From NCBI GenBank assembly GCA_027068915.1, contig JAMOLT010000041.1:977-64976 (forward strand): a stretch of 64,000 bases of DNA, written 5' to 3'. Of the stretch, positions 48,183 through 59,068 are shown piece after piece. Within the stretch, counting starts at the first letter, position 1. Every line of letters starts with the position of its first letter. The notes under the pieces were generated by a model that saw only the letters and a program-made list of their open reading frames with translations, had not been told where the DNA came from and did no database searches. This DNA is from Sedimenticola sp. (GTDB lineage: Bacteria; Pseudomonadota; Gammaproteobacteria; Chromatiales; Chromatiaceae). The position numbers were made by a program, and so were the translations under genes.

Positions 48183-49157
48183 TCAGGGCTCGATGGGGTG
48201 GTAGCAGGCGACGGCATTTTCATCGCTCCAGATCAGCGGCGGTTCCTGCCTGTGGCATTGTTCGTCCGCCCGGTAACAGCGATCCACGAAACGGCAGCCG
48301 GCGGGCAGATGCAACAGATCGGGAACCGTGCCGGGGATGGTGGGCAGTTCGTCCAGCTTGTTTTCACGAATGCGCGGGATGGATTTGAGCAAGCCTTCCG
48401 AATAGGGGTGATGGGGCGTCTTGAACAGAGATTGCACCGGGGCTTCCTCGGCCACTCTCCCCGCATACATGACCACCGCCCGGCTGCAGGTTTGTGCCAC
48501 CACGCCCAGGTCGTGGGTGACCAGCACCACGGACGTGCCCAGCTCTTCCTGCAGTTTGTTCATCTGTTCCAGCACCTGGGCCTGGGTGGTTACATCCAGG
48601 GCGGTGGTGGGTTCGTCCGCCAGCAGCAGCTTGGGGTTGCAGGACAGGGCCATGCCGATCATCACCCGCTGGCGCATGCCGCCGGACATCTGGTGAGGAT
48701 ACTCGTCGATGCGTTTTTCCGGCGAGGGAATGCCCACCAGTTCCAGCATTTCAATGGCGCGGCTTCGGGCCTGTTTGCGGTTCATGCCCTGATGGCGCAT
48801 GAGCACGTCGGTCATTTGCGTGGCGATGGTGAACACCGGGTTGAGGGCGGTCATGGGCTCCTGGAAGATCATGGAGATCTCCTTGCCGCGGATATGCCGG
48901 TATTCCGATTCGGGCAGGCCCACCAGCTCCCGGCCTTCCAGTTTGATGCTGCCGTTGGTGATGCGTCCCGGTGGTGAGGGGATGAGTCCCAGGATGGCCA
49001 GGGAGGTGACGGATTTGCCGCAGCCGGATTCGCCCACCAGCCCCAGGGTCTCGCCGGGCATGATATCGAAGCTCACCCCGTCGATGGCGCGCACAATGCC
49101 CCGCTGGGTGGAGAACTCGATAACCAGGTCTTTTACGCTGAGCAGGGGGGCGGTCAT
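48183..49157 (-). CDS. peptide ABC transporter ATP-binding protein (OppD/DppD type)
   Basis: [25 protein letters not shown]; start trimmed to MTAPL. Confidence 0.93.
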   Translation of the reverse strand: MTAPLLSVKDLVIEFSTQRGIVRAIDGVSFDIMPGETLGLVGESGCGKSVTSLAILGLIPSPPGRITNGSIKLEGRELVGLPESEYRHIRGKEISMIFQEPMTALNPVFTIATQMTDVLMRHQGMNRKQARSRAIEMLELVGIPSPEKRIDEYPHQMSGGMRQRVMIGMALSCNPKLLLADEPTTALDVTTQAQVLEQMNKLQEELGTSVVLVTHDLGVVAQTCSRAVVMYAGRVAEEAPVQSLFKTPHHPYSEGLLKSIPRIRENKLDELPTIPGTVPDLLHLPAGCRFVDRCYRADEQCHRQEPPLIWSDENAVACYHPIEP

Positions 49158-49220
49158 TGGACGCTCCTCCAGCACCACGTCAGGTGCAATCCGGATGCGG
49201 CGCGGAATTCCCGCGACAGC

Positions 49221-49297
49221 GTAGGTTGGGCAAAGGCCTTCAGGCCGTGCCCAACACAAACGCCGCTGTCGGGCACGCTGTGCTTTGCCCGACCTGC
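49221..49297. repeat. GTAG-family REP doublet (REPIN)
   Basis: GTAGGTTGGGCA...TGCCCAAC followed by the inverted copy GTCGGGCAC...GCCCGACCTGC. Confidence 0.7.
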
Positions 49298-49323
49298 CCG
49301 GCTCCGGTTCTGCTCCTGGAGCT

Positions 49324-49365
49324 GTAGCCCGCAGCCCGTATTGCGCTGCATTTTATGAGGCCTAC
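49324..49365. repeat. degenerate GTAG...CTAC REP-like palindrome
   Basis: gtagcccgcagcccgtattgcgctgcattttatgaggcctac. Confidence 0.45.
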
Positions 49366-49380
49366 CTGCGTGAAGCATTT

Positions 49381-50268
49381 TCATGCGCTCACCTTCTTCG
49401 GGTCAAGAGCATCCTGCAGGGAGTCGGAAAACATGTTGAACGCCATCACCAGCACGAACAGGAAGGTGGAGGCGGTAAGGAAGTTGGAATAGTGCCCGGC
49501 CTGCACCTCCTGGGTGGATTCGGCGATCATCAGCCCCCAGGAAACCCCGTCCACCACCCCCAACCCCAGGAAGCTCAATATGACCTCGGACTTGATGGCG
49601 CTGACAAACACGATGGTGGCCTGCACCAGCAGGATATGGTAGGTGTTGGGCATGATGTGACGGAAAATGATCTTGTTCCGGGGCAGGCCGATGGCGCGGG
49701 CGGCCTCTACGAACTCAAAGTTTTTCAGCTTGATCACTTCACCGCGCACCAGACGGGAGGTGGTGGTCCAAAAGGTGGCGATCATGGCAATGTGCATGGA
49801 GTAGGGGTAGCCTTGCAGGGCAAAGGCGATGGCGGCCACGAACAGATAAAACGGAATCGAGTCCAGTACGCCCATCAGCCACAGGATCAATTCATCCACC
49901 CAGCTGTTGGCAAAATAGCCGGACAGGGCGCCCAGTATGCCGCCGAGAATGGTGGACAATATGGCCACCACCATGCCTACCTCAAAAGCCGTCTTGGTGC
50001 TGTAGATGGCGCGCTGGAATATGTCCTGGCCGATGATGTTGGTGCCCAGCCAGTGTTCGGCGCCGGGTTTCGCCCACATGGGGCCTTCGATAGCGCTCCA
50101 GTGCTGTCCCCACAGCCCCATCCATACGCCCAGGGCGATGACGAAGAAGAACAGCACCACGCCCAGGGAGATCATGCCGGTGCGGTCACGGCGGAACTTG
50201 TACAGCGCCTTGCCCCACAGGGATTCGCTTTCCCTGGGCAATGTTGTGCTCTCGGTCAGGGTATTCAT
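49381..50268 (-). CDS. peptide ABC transporter permease (OppC type)
   Basis: HWLGTNIIGQD, EFVEAARAIG, FRHIMPN. Confidence 0.92.
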   Translation of the reverse strand: MNTLTESTTLPRESESLWGKALYKFRRDRTGMISLGVVLFFFVIALGVWMGLWGQHWSAIEGPMWAKPGAEHWLGTNIIGQDIFQRAIYSTKTAFEVGMVVAILSTILGGILGALSGYFANSWVDELILWLMGVLDSIPFYLFVAAIAFALQGYPYSMHIAMIATFWTTTSRLVRGEVIKLKNFEFVEAARAIGLPRNKIIFRHIMPNTYHILLVQATIVFVSAIKSEVILSFLGLGVVDGVSWGLMIAESTQEVQAGHYSNFLTASTFLFVLVMAFNMFSDSLQDALDPKKVSA

Positions 50269-51218
50269 TTCAGCGACACTCGCGGATCGACCAGCTTGTA
50301 GAAAATATCATTCAGGATCAGCACAACCACGAACAGCACCGCGGTGATGCCCACCACTGCCTTGAGTATGGGTTGGTCGCCCGAGGTGATGGCGTCGTAG
50401 GTGACAAGGCCCACGCCGGGGATGCCGAAATAGCTCTCCAGCAGCAAGGAGCCGGAGATCACCACCAGGGGGATGGAGAACATGATGCGGGTGATGATGG
50501 GAATCATGGCGTTCTTCAGGATATGCTTGAACAGCAGCTCTCCCGGTGGTGTGCCGAAGGCCTTGGCGGTGCGCACATGATCCCGGCCCATTTCCTCGAC
50601 GATCACCGCCCGGTAGAAACGGGTGTTGTAGCCCAGCGACACGAATACGGTTGCCAGGGTGGGCACGGTGACATAGTGTAGATAGTCCCAGAAGTTGTAC
50701 ACGTTCCAGCCGCGCACCGGAAACCAGCCCAGACCATCATTGGAGGAAAGCAGGATCTGAAAGGCGATGATAACGATGAGGAAACTCACGCTCATGCCCA
50801 CTACCGAGCCGCCCATGATGAATTTGTCCAGCCAGCGGCCCCGGTGGTAGGCCGCCACCAGCGCCAGGGCGATACCCAGCAGGTTGCCCAGGACAAAGCC
50901 GGGCGTGATCAGCGCCAGGGAAATGGGCACGGTGCGCTTGAGAATGCTGCTGACCCGCTCGCCGGTGGAGTCGGAATAGCCGAAATCGAAGGTCACCAGC
51001 TCCTTCATGTATTCCAGGTAGCGGCTGACGAAAGGTTTGTCGTAACCCAGTTGATGGCGGATTTCCTGGATCTGTTCCTCCGTAGCGTTCTTACCCAGCA
51101 GCTCATAGGTCTTGTCCGGGCCGAAATACACCATGAGCAGGAAACTGATCAGGGTCACGCCGACGATCAGGGGAATGCCGGTAATAAACTTGCGCAGGGC
51201 GTATTGCAGCATTTCCAT
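50265..51218 (-). CDS. peptide ABC transporter permease (OppB type)
   Basis: LGYDKP..RY, VRTAKAFG, KHILKNA, ESYFGIPG; start trimmed to MEMLQ. Confidence 0.92.
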   Translation of the reverse strand: MEMLQYALRKFITGIPLIVGVTLISFLLMVYFGPDKTYELLGKNATEEQIQEIRHQLGYDKPFVSRYLEYMKELVTFDFGYSDSTGERVSSILKRTVPISLALITPGFVLGNLLGIALALVAAYHRGRWLDKFIMGGSVVGMSVSFLIVIIAFQILLSSNDGLGWFPVRGWNVYNFWDYLHYVTVPTLATVFVSLGYNTRFYRAVIVEEMGRDHVRTAKAFGTPPGELLFKHILKNAMIPIITRIMFSIPLVVISGSLLLESYFGIPGVGLVTYDAITSGDQPILKAVVGITAVLFVVVLILNDIFYKLVDPRVSLK

Positions 51219-51220
51219 GG

Positions 51221-53029
51221 TTATTTCTGCGCCTCTTTCACGTCCACATACTTGAGATGGAATCCGCCTACGATGTCTTCGTTCGGAAAGCTCACGACGT
51301 CCTTGTGCCACATAAAGATCCGTGTGCGTGAAAGCCCAGAGACAATGGCGCATGAGTCAATCACGATCTGATTCATTTTGCGGTATAACCTGGTGCGTTC
51401 GGGAGACGGCTGCATCACCGACGTAAGTTCATACAGGCGGTTGAACTCGGGGTCATTGAAGTTGGTGCTGTTGGAGCCAGGAGCGCCATTGGGGCCGTAA
51501 AAGAGTTGCAGGGTGTTTTCCGCGTCGGGATAATCCAGCGCCCAAGCCATGCCAATGATCTTGATTTTTGCCTGCTTGATAGCTTTGTTGTAGTCGCCAA
51601 AGGAAGCAAAGGAGTTAAAAACAACCTTCTCCTTGGGATAACCGATCTTCATCAGCCAGCCCCGGTACTGCTCAAAAAACTGGCGGTGCTCCACACCGGC
51701 AACTGCGCCGTAATCCAGTGTGGGTAGGTTGTCGGCTGTCCAGCCTGCTTCCTGTAACAGTTTTTGGCCTCTTTCGGGGTTGTATTCCAAGGATGCTCTG
51801 GACAGATCTGGGTCGTATTCCGGTACCACAGGGGGAATGATGCCAGGGAAGATAAAGCCGATATCGGAATAAAAAGTCCGGTTGCGCTCTTCCCAGTCGA
51901 AGGCATAGCGGATGGCGCAACGCAGGGCGTGGTTCATTTTCTCCCGCTGGGGATCGGGGTTGTAGCCGATTTCCGGGTCGCGCATGTTGAATGTACTGAA
52001 AACAAAGGCGTTTTCTATGCCTCCGATCATGAAAAAACGCTGTGCATACTCTGGCTTCATGATCAGCTTGGGTTTTTTCTCCGATAGCACGTCATCCAAC
52101 AGTTCCTTGGGGATTTCCGCGTACTGGATCTCGTTGCCCTTGGTGAAGGAATTCCAGCGCGACAGGGATTCTTTGACGAAGTGGATTTCCAGGCGATCCA
52201 CCAGGGGCGGAATCTTGCCTTCGATTTCCTGAATGCCGTATTGGCCATGGACAGCTTCATCATAGCCTTCGTAAGCCAGATCAATGGGCTCCTGTCTGAA
52301 CTTGGGATTTCTCACCAGCACCACGCCCACGGAATCGAAGCGCTGTAGCCGGAAGGGGCCGGAACCCACGGGGCGCACGGAAAACTCCCGGCCATAGTGT
52401 TCCACGGCTTCTTTGGGCACGACGGCGGCATAGCCCTGGGCCAGGGTGTGAACCAGCTGGGGAAAGGGCTTGTTGAGAATGATTTGTATGGTGTAGCGGT
52501 CCAGGGCTTTCAGGCCTTCCACTTCCTCGTCATAGTCTGAACCGGCCTTTTTCCATTCCGCCATGCCCTTGATGCGCCCGGCCCAGAACCAGCTTCCCTG
52601 GGAACGGGTCTTGGGATCGAAATGGCGCTTCAGGGAATAGACAAAATCAGCAGCGGTCACTTCCCGGCCCTTGCCGTTGGGGAAGGCGGGGTCGTCAGTA
52701 AACTCCACGCCTTCTTTGATGCGAATGGTGTAGGTCAGGCCGTCCGCCGAGACTTCCGGCAAGTCCACTGCCAGGTTGGGCTTGACCTGGTAGGGGCGCG
52801 CCAGGTATTTGTAGGAATACAAGGTGTCGTAGATATTTACCACCACATGGTTGGCGTATGTGGTAGCGGCTTGAACGGGATCCAGGCTGGTGGGAGCGCC
52901 CTTCAGGGAATGCCGGTAGATCTTCATGCCGTTGGTGTCCGGTCCGTCGGAGCAGCCTCCTGCGAGAAGGATGGAAAGCAGGATCAGCAAGCCGGAAATT
53001 CGTTTGGACATGAAGTGTCTGAAAACCAT
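51221..53029 (-). CDS. peptide ABC transporter substrate-binding lipoprotein (family 5)
   Basis: lipobox LAGGC, SLDPV, YDTLYSY, PVGSGPF, WALDYPDAEN. Confidence 0.92.
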   Translation of the reverse strand: MVFRHFMSKRISGLLILLSILLAGGCSDGPDTNGMKIYRHSLKGAPTSLDPVQAATTYANHVVVNIYDTLYSYKYLARPYQVKPNLAVDLPEVSADGLTYTIRIKEGVEFTDDPAFPNGKGREVTAADFVYSLKRHFDPKTRSQGSWFWAGRIKGMAEWKKAGSDYDEEVEGLKALDRYTIQIILNKPFPQLVHTLAQGYAAVVPKEAVEHYGREFSVRPVGSGPFRLQRFDSVGVVLVRNPKFRQEPIDLAYEGYDEAVHGQYGIQEIEGKIPPLVDRLEIHFVKESLSRWNSFTKGNEIQYAEIPKELLDDVLSEKKPKLIMKPEYAQRFFMIGGIENAFVFSTFNMRDPEIGYNPDPQREKMNHALRCAIRYAFDWEERNRTFYSDIGFIFPGIIPPVVPEYDPDLSRASLEYNPERGQKLLQEAGWTADNLPTLDYGAVAGVEHRQFFEQYRGWLMKIGYPKEKVVFNSFASFGDYNKAIKQAKIKIIGMAWALDYPDAENTLQLFYGPNGAPGSNSTNFNDPEFNRLYELTSVMQPSPERTRLYRKMNQIVIDSCAIVSGLSRTRIFMWHKDVVSFPNEDIVGGFHLKYVDVKEAQK

Positions 53030-53164
53030 GAGGAATCATCGAGTGGGCGAGTATAGCGGTTTCTGCAGCAGTGGAAAATTACTTTTCTTTGCGGAATTGC
53101 GGCTGACATCAGTGCCGTAGTATGGCGGGAAACTCCCGGCGCAATAATGCTAAAATACCCTGCT

Positions 53165-53995
53165 ATGTCTTTACAATACGATTTGCACAGCCATTCTACG
53201 GTATCTGATGGCACCTTGCGTCCCGCCGAGCTGGTGGCGCTGGCGGCGGCTTCCGGGGTGGATGTGCTGGCCCTTACCGATCATGACAATGTATCGGGTG
53301 TGGCAGAAGCCGGGGCAGCAGCCCGGGAACAGGGGATACGGATCATCCCCGGCGTGGAAATATCCGTAAACTGGAACGGCCATACCGTGCATATCCTTGG
53401 TTTGCAGATCGATCCGGAAAACGCCGCCCTGCTCCAGGGGCTACAGGGACTTTGTGAATATCGCCGCTGGCGGGCGCAGGAAATCGGGCGAAAACTGGAG
53501 AAAAAAGGTATTTCAGGTGCCTATGAAGGTGCTTGCGAGCTGGCGACAGGGGCGCTGGTGGGAAGGCTGCATTTTGCGCGCTTTCTGGTGCAACACGGCC
53601 ATGCCCGGGATGTGAAGGATGTTTTTCGCAACTACCTGGTGACGGGCAAGCCAGGTTATGTGCGCGGGGAATGGGCGCCCCTGGAGGACGCCATGGGCTG
53701 GATTCTTGGCGCAGGTGGTCTGGCGGTGATCGCCCATCCGGCGCGGTATAAGATGACCCGGGGCAAGCTGCGGCGGCTCATCGGCGAGTTCCGGGAGCTG
53801 GGTGGTCGGGGGCTGGAAGTGGTATCCGGCAGCCACAGCAGGGACGAGTACTTCACCATGGCCAGACATGCCCAGGACTTTGGTTTGCTGGCGTCAGCCG
53901 GCTCGGACTATCACGGCCCGGACAACCCCTGGATCAGTCTGGGCAATTTGCCGGATCTGCCGCCGGGTTGCGATCCGGTGTGGAACTCTTTTTGA
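53165..53995 (+). CDS. yciV: PHP-domain nuclease (YciV/TrpH, RNase AM type)
   Basis: DLHSHSTVSDG, LTDHD, GVEIS, HILG, AHP, GSDYHG. Confidence 0.9.
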   Translation: MSLQYDLHSHSTVSDGTLRPAELVALAAASGVDVLALTDHDNVSGVAEAGAAAREQGIRIIPGVEISVNWNGHTVHILGLQIDPENAALLQGLQGLCEYRRWRAQEIGRKLEKKGISGAYEGACELATGALVGRLHFARFLVQHGHARDVKDVFRNYLVTGKPGYVRGEWAPLEDAMGWILGAGGLAVIAHPARYKMTRGKLRRLIGEFRELGGRGLEVVSGSHSRDEYFTMARHAQDFGLLASAGSDYHGPDNPWISLGNLPDLPPGCDPVWNSF

Positions 53996-53996
53996 T

Positions 53997-54617
53997 ATGG
54001 CGCAGTTTTTTCAGATTCATCCCGAAAACCCCCAGCAACGGCTTGTGCATCAGGCGGTGGAGATTCTGCGCGACGGCGGGGTCATTATCTATCCTACGGA
54101 TTCCAGTTACGCCATCGGCTGCCGGGTGGGGGACAAAGCGGCCATGGACCGTATCCGCCGGATTCGCCGCCTGGACGACAAGCACAATTTCACCCTGGTA
54201 TGCCGGGATTTGTCGGAGATTTCCCTGTATACCAAGCTCGATAACCAGCAGTACCGCCTGATCAAGAGCCTCACCCCGGGGCCTTACACCTTCATATTAA
54301 AGGCGACCAAGCAGGTGCCCAAGCGCCTCATGCACCCCAAACGCAAGACCATCGGCATTCGTATTCCGGACAACCGCATCGCCCTGGCCCTGCTGGACGA
54401 GCTGAATGAACCGATTTTGAGCAGTACCCTGATCTTGCCTGGTGAGGAGCTGCCGATGATGGATCCCTATGACATGAAACAGACCCTCGAAAGCCAGGTC
54501 GATCTGATCATCGATGGCGGTTACTGCGGCTATGACCCCACCACGGTTGTGGTAATGGAAGACGACGAGCCCTGGGTAGCCCGGCATGGCAAGGGTGATG
54601 CTTCCTTGTTCGAATGA
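53997..54617 (+). CDS. yciO: YciO / Sua5-TsaC family protein
   Basis: MAQFFQIHPENPQ, YPTDSSY, PGPYTFIL, IGIRIP. Confidence 0.93.
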   Translation: MAQFFQIHPENPQQRLVHQAVEILRDGGVIIYPTDSSYAIGCRVGDKAAMDRIRRIRRLDDKHNFTLVCRDLSEISLYTKLDNQQYRLIKSLTPGPYTFILKATKQVPKRLMHPKRKTIGIRIPDNRIALALLDELNEPILSSTLILPGEELPMMDPYDMKQTLESQVDLIIDGGYCGYDPTTVVVMEDDEPWVARHGKGDASLFE

Positions 54618-54650
54618 TCTTCCCGCCACGTTTCCGGATATAATCACTTT

Positions 54651-55325
54651 ATGCAAGAACTTACCTTGATTCAACAACTGGCGGTATTCGTGCTGCCGTT
54701 GATTTTTGCCATCACCGTACACGAGAGCGCCCATGGCTGGGTGGCGGACAAGTTGGGCGACCATACGGCGCGATCCATGGGGCGGGTGACCCTCAACCCT
54801 ATTCCCCACATCGATCCTGTAGGCACCATCGTCGTGCCCCTGGCGCTGTATGCCCTGACGACCCTGTCTGGCGGCGGCGGACTGATTTTCGGCTGGGCCA
54901 AGCCGGTGCCCATCAACCCGCGGAATTTCAGCAACTACCGGCGGGATACGGCGCTGACTGCGGTAGCCGGGCCGGTGTCCAATTTCATCATGCTGTTGCT
55001 GTGGGCCATGGTGCTGCGCCTGAGCATGGGGCTGGAGAACAGCGCCGGGTGGGTTGCCGAGCCCCTGGCCTATATGGCCGTGGGTGGAATCCTCATCAAC
55101 ACTATTCTCATGGTGCTGAATCTGCTGCCCATATTGCCCCTGGACGGGGGGCGGGTGTTGGCCTCTTTGTTACCGCCCCGCCTGTCCTATTCCTATGCGA
55201 AACTGGAACCTTGGGGCTTGTTCATCCTTATCGGACTGATGGTGACAGGCATACTCTGGCCATTGATGAGCCCCATGCTGCAGTTCGTGCAGACCCTGGC
55301 ATATTCCATCGCGGGACTTATGTAG
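54651..55325 (+). CDS. site-2 protease family (M50) membrane metalloprotease
   Basis: TVHESAHG (HExxH), NLLPILPLDGG (NPDG). Confidence 0.93.
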   Translation: MQELTLIQQLAVFVLPLIFAITVHESAHGWVADKLGDHTARSMGRVTLNPIPHIDPVGTIVVPLALYALTTLSGGGGLIFGWAKPVPINPRNFSNYRRDTALTAVAGPVSNFIMLLLWAMVLRLSMGLENSAGWVAEPLAYMAVGGILINTILMVLNLLPILPLDGGRVLASLLPPRLSYSYAKLEPWGLFILIGLMVTGILWPLMSPMLQFVQTLAYSIAGLM

Positions 55326-55372
55326 AAGTCGTGCCGAACCTTATCAACTAAACAGATTTAATCAGGACATTC

Positions 55373-56590
55373 ATGGAAACTGTAGCATCGCAACATTCCC
55401 GCGTACTTTCCGGCATGCGCCCTACCGGCCGCCTGCATCTGGGGCACTATCACGGGGTACTGAAAAACTGGGTGGAATTGCAACATGAGTACCAGTGCTT
55501 CTTTTTTGTCGCCGACTGGCATGCGCTGACCACTCACTACGATGATCCCTCCATCATTCCGGAAAGCGTCTGGGATATGGTTATCGACTGGCTGGCCGCC
55601 GGTGTAAATCCTGGCGAAGCGACCCTGTTCATCCAGTCCCGGGTGCCGGAGCATGCCGAACTGCATTTGCTGCTGTCCATGCTCACGCCCCTGGGCTGGT
55701 TGGAGCGTGCGCCGAGCTACAAGGATCAGCAGGAAAAGCTCAAGGAAAAAGATTTGGCTACCTACGGCTTTCTCGGTTATCCGTTGCTGCAGGCAGCAGA
55801 CATTCTCATCTACCGCGCCGGCATCGTACCCGTGGGGGAAGATCAGGTGGCTCATGTGGAACTGACCCGGGAGATCGCCCGGCGCTTCAACCACCTGTAC
55901 GGTCGCGAGGCAGACTTTGAGCTGCGGGCGGAAGAGGCGGTGAAGAAGATGGGCAAGAAGAACGCCCGCCTCTACGCCAGCTACCGCAAGGCCTGGCAGG
56001 AACAGGGAGATGACGAGGCGCTGGCGGCGGCTCGCGCCCTGCTGGAATCCCAGCAGAATATCAATCTCAGCGACCGGGATCGTCTGTTCGGCTATCTGGA
56101 GGGAGGTGGCAAGGTGATCCTGCCCGAACCCCAGGCATTGCTCACCAAGGTTCCTAAAATGCCGGGGCTGGACGGGCAGAAAATGTCCAAGTCCTACGGC
56201 AACACCATTCCCCTGAATGCCAAACCGGAACAGCTGGAGCAGCAATTGCGCACCATGCCCACGGATCCGGCCCGGGTGCGGCGTACCGATCCCGGTGATC
56301 CTGCCAAGTGCCCCGTGTGGGAGTTCCATGAAATCTACTCCGACGACACGGTGAAGAGGTGGGTCAGGGAAGGCTGCCGCAGCGCCGGCATCGGCTGTAT
56401 CGAATGCAAACAGCCGGTCATCGATGCGGTGTTGGCGGAGCTCAGACCCATACAGGAGCGGGCGGTGGAATATGAAAACGATCCCGGCCTGGTGCGCAAC
56501 ATCATCAACGAGGGCTGTGAAAAGGCCCGCGATGAGGCCCGTGATACCATGGACGAAGTGCGCCACGTCATGTCTCTGGAATATCGATGA
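55373..56590 (+). CDS. trpS: tryptophanyl-tRNA synthetase
   Basis: PTGRLHLGH (HIGH), GYPLLQAAD, VGEDQ, KMSKS. Confidence 0.98.
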   Translation: METVASQHSRVLSGMRPTGRLHLGHYHGVLKNWVELQHEYQCFFFVADWHALTTHYDDPSIIPESVWDMVIDWLAAGVNPGEATLFIQSRVPEHAELHLLLSMLTPLGWLERAPSYKDQQEKLKEKDLATYGFLGYPLLQAADILIYRAGIVPVGEDQVAHVELTREIARRFNHLYGREADFELRAEEAVKKMGKKNARLYASYRKAWQEQGDDEALAAARALLESQQNINLSDRDRLFGYLEGGGKVILPEPQALLTKVPKMPGLDGQKMSKSYGNTIPLNAKPEQLEQQLRTMPTDPARVRRTDPGDPAKCPVWEFHEIYSDDTVKRWVREGCRSAGIGCIECKQPVIDAVLAELRPIQERAVEYENDPGLVRNIINEGCEKARDEARDTMDEVRHVMSLEYR

Positions 56591-57432
56591 ATACCGCTGA
56601 TACCGCCATCGGTCAAGGATCTGCCGCCGAGTCCGTTCCCCGGCAGGAGGAAATGCCCTTTGCGGTAGTGGAAGGCCAGCCCCAGTATCAGCTGCCCAAG
56701 GATCTTTACATCCCGCCGGATGCCCTGGAGGTTTTTCTCGATGCCTTCGAGGGACCGCTGGATCTGCTTTTGTACCTGATCAAGCGCCAGAACCTGGATA
56801 TCCTGAATATTCCCCTAGCGAAAATCACCCAGCAGTACATGGAATATATCGACCTGATGAAAGAGCTGCGCCTGGAGCTGGCAGCGGAGTACCTGGTGAT
56901 GGCGGCGATGTTGGCAGAGATCAAATCCCGCATGCTCCTGCCCCGGCCTGTTTCCGAAGAGGAAGAGGGAGAGGATCCCCGCGCTGAACTGATCAGGCGT
57001 TTGCAGGAATATGAGCGTTTCAAGCAGGCGGCGGAAGACCTGCATGACATGCCCCAGCTGGGAAGAGATGTTTTTCCCGTGCGCGTGGAAGTGCCGGACA
57101 AACATACCAGGCAGGAGCCACCGCCCCTGGAGCTGAAAGAGCTTTTGCTGGCGCTGAAAGAGGTATTGCAGCGGGCAGACATGTTCAGCAACCACCACAT
57201 CACCCGCGAACCCCTGTCTCTGCGGGAACGCATGAGCCGGGTGCTGGAATCGGTGAGCACGGATCGTTTCGTTGATTTTCACGATCTTTTCGACATCACC
57301 GAAGGCCGTGATGGCGTGGTCGTCACCTTCATGGCCATTCTGGAACTGCTCAAACAAACCCTGATTGAAATGGTGCAAAGCGAAACTTTTGGCCCCATCC
57401 ATGTGAAAGCCCATGGAGTGAGTGAGGCATGA
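56587..57432 (+). CDS. scpA: segregation and condensation protein A
   Basis: FEGPLDLLLYLI, AAEYLVMAA, TFMAILEL. Confidence 0.96.
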   Translation: MNTADTAIGQGSAAESVPRQEEMPFAVVEGQPQYQLPKDLYIPPDALEVFLDAFEGPLDLLLYLIKRQNLDILNIPLAKITQQYMEYIDLMKELRLELAAEYLVMAAMLAEIKSRMLLPRPVSEEEEGEDPRAELIRRLQEYERFKQAAEDLHDMPQLGRDVFPVRVEVPDKHTRQEPPPLELKELLLALKEVLQRADMFSNHHITREPLSLRERMSRVLESVSTDRFVDFHDLFDITEGRDGVVVTFMAILELLKQTLIEMVQSETFGPIHVKAHGVSEA

Positions 57433-58178
57433 ATCCCAGCGACAATTTGAAACAAATCGTGGAAGCAGCCCTGCTTGCTTCCGGCAAGGCCATGACTCTG
57501 GGCAAGCTGCTGGAGCTGTTCGATGAAATGGAACAGCCGGAGAAAAAGGAGCTGCAAGCCGTGCTGCAGGAACTGAACGAAGACTACGCGAACCGGGGTA
57601 TCGAGATAAAGGAGGTCGCTTCCGGCTGGCGCATCCAGGTTAGCAGGGAATGCGCACCCTGGGTTTCCCGGTTGTGGGAAGAGAAGCCGGGCCGTTACTC
57701 CCGCGCCTTGATGGAAACCCTGGCCCTGATCGCCTATCGTCAGCCCATTACCCGGGGTGAGATCGAGGATATCCGTGGCGTCAGCGTTAGCACCCACATC
57801 ATGCGTACCCTGCTGGAGCGCGAATGGGTGCGGGTGGTGGGGCAGCGGGATGTGCCGGGTAAACCCTCTCTGTACGGCACCACGCGGGAATTTCTGGATT
57901 ATTTCGGGCTCAAATCCCTGGATGAATTGCCCACCCTTGCAGAGATTCGTGATCTTGATGTGATCAACGAAGAGCTGAACCTGCAAGAGCCGAATGCGGG
58001 GGCAACGAATGACGCTGCCGCTGAAGAACAGAACACAAGTGACGATCTGCAGCACGAATCGGCAGATCCGCAAGCACAAGAAACAGCGCCGGAAGAACCA
58101 TCCCCTCAGACGGATCCGGAAGCAGAACAAAATACACTAACCGCAGCAGATACGGATACTGATGAAAAACAAACCTGA
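57429..58178 (+). CDS. scpB: segregation and condensation protein B with an acidic tail
   Basis: VEAALLAS, ETLALIAYRQPITR, GKPSLYGTT. Confidence 0.96.
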   Translation: MNPSDNLKQIVEAALLASGKAMTLGKLLELFDEMEQPEKKELQAVLQELNEDYANRGIEIKEVASGWRIQVSRECAPWVSRLWEEKPGRYSRALMETLALIAYRQPITRGEIEDIRGVSVSTHIMRTLLEREWVRVVGQRDVPGKPSLYGTTREFLDYFGLKSLDELPTLAEIRDLDVINEELNLQEPNAGATNDAAAEEQNTSDDLQHESADPQAQETAPEEPSPQTDPEAEQNTLTAADTDTDEKQT

Positions 58179-59001
58179 AATCCAGGGAGAACGCCTGCAG
58201 AAAATGCTGGCGAATGTCGGCATGGGATCCCGCCGACAAATCGAAGGCTGGATTCGTGAAGGACGGGTGCAGGTCAATGGCAAGCCCGCCAGCCTGGGTG
58301 ATCGCGCAACCCTGCAGGATCAGATCACCGTTGACGGGCGCCTGGTGTCAGGGAAAAAACTGGCGGCCAACGAGCGCTTCGTTATCTTGTATAACAAGCC
58401 GGAAGGTGAGCTGGTTACCCGCCATGATCCGGAAGGCCGCAAAACCGTATTTGCTAAACTGCCCCGCCTGCCCCAGGGACGCTGGATTGCAGTGGGGCGG
58501 CTGGATGTGAACAGCGCAGGCCTGCTGTTGCTTACCAATGACGGGGAGCTGGCGAACCGCCTCATGCATCCTAAACAGCTGATCGAGCGTGAATATGCCG
58601 TGCGTGTACATGGCCGGGTGACGGAAGACATGCTCAAGCAACTGGTGCGGGGCGTTACCCTGGATGACGGCCCGGCCCGCTTCGAGGAAGTGGTATTCTC
58701 GGGTGGTGAAGGCAGCAACCAGTGGTATCACGTCGTGCTCATGGAGGGCCGCAAGCGCGAAGTCAGGCGCATGTGGGAAGCCGTGGGCGCCGTAGTGAAC
58801 CGCCTCAAACGTGTGCGCTACGGGCCGATTATCTTGAACAGCCGGGTAAAATCCGGCATGTGGAGAGAACTGGAAAAAGAAGAACAAAAAGAACTGCTGC
58901 GTATTGCCGGCTTAAAAGACAAGCGCCGCTGGGGAACCCTGAAGCGCCCCGGTTCCCGAGTGGAGAAAAAATCCCGGCCTTCGCCCTGGGCGCGTAAATA
59001 A
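58162..59001 (+). CDS. rluB: 23S rRNA pseudouridine synthase B
   Basis: S4 domain RLQKMLA..GSRR, YNKPEGE, VGRLDVN. Confidence 0.94.
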   Translation: MKNKPEIQGERLQKMLANVGMGSRRQIEGWIREGRVQVNGKPASLGDRATLQDQITVDGRLVSGKKLAANERFVILYNKPEGELVTRHDPEGRKTVFAKLPRLPQGRWIAVGRLDVNSAGLLLLTNDGELANRLMHPKQLIEREYAVRVHGRVTEDMLKQLVRGVTLDDGPARFEEVVFSGGEGSNQWYHVVLMEGRKREVRRMWEAVGAVVNRLKRVRYGPIILNSRVKSGMWRELEKEEQKELLRIAGLKDKRRWGTLKRPGSRVEKKSRPSPWARK

Positions 59002-59068
59002 ACCCAACAGCTGGGTAAACTGCAGTTCCGCTTTTCTGTATTTCAGGAATGGCGATCTACTGTTAGGA

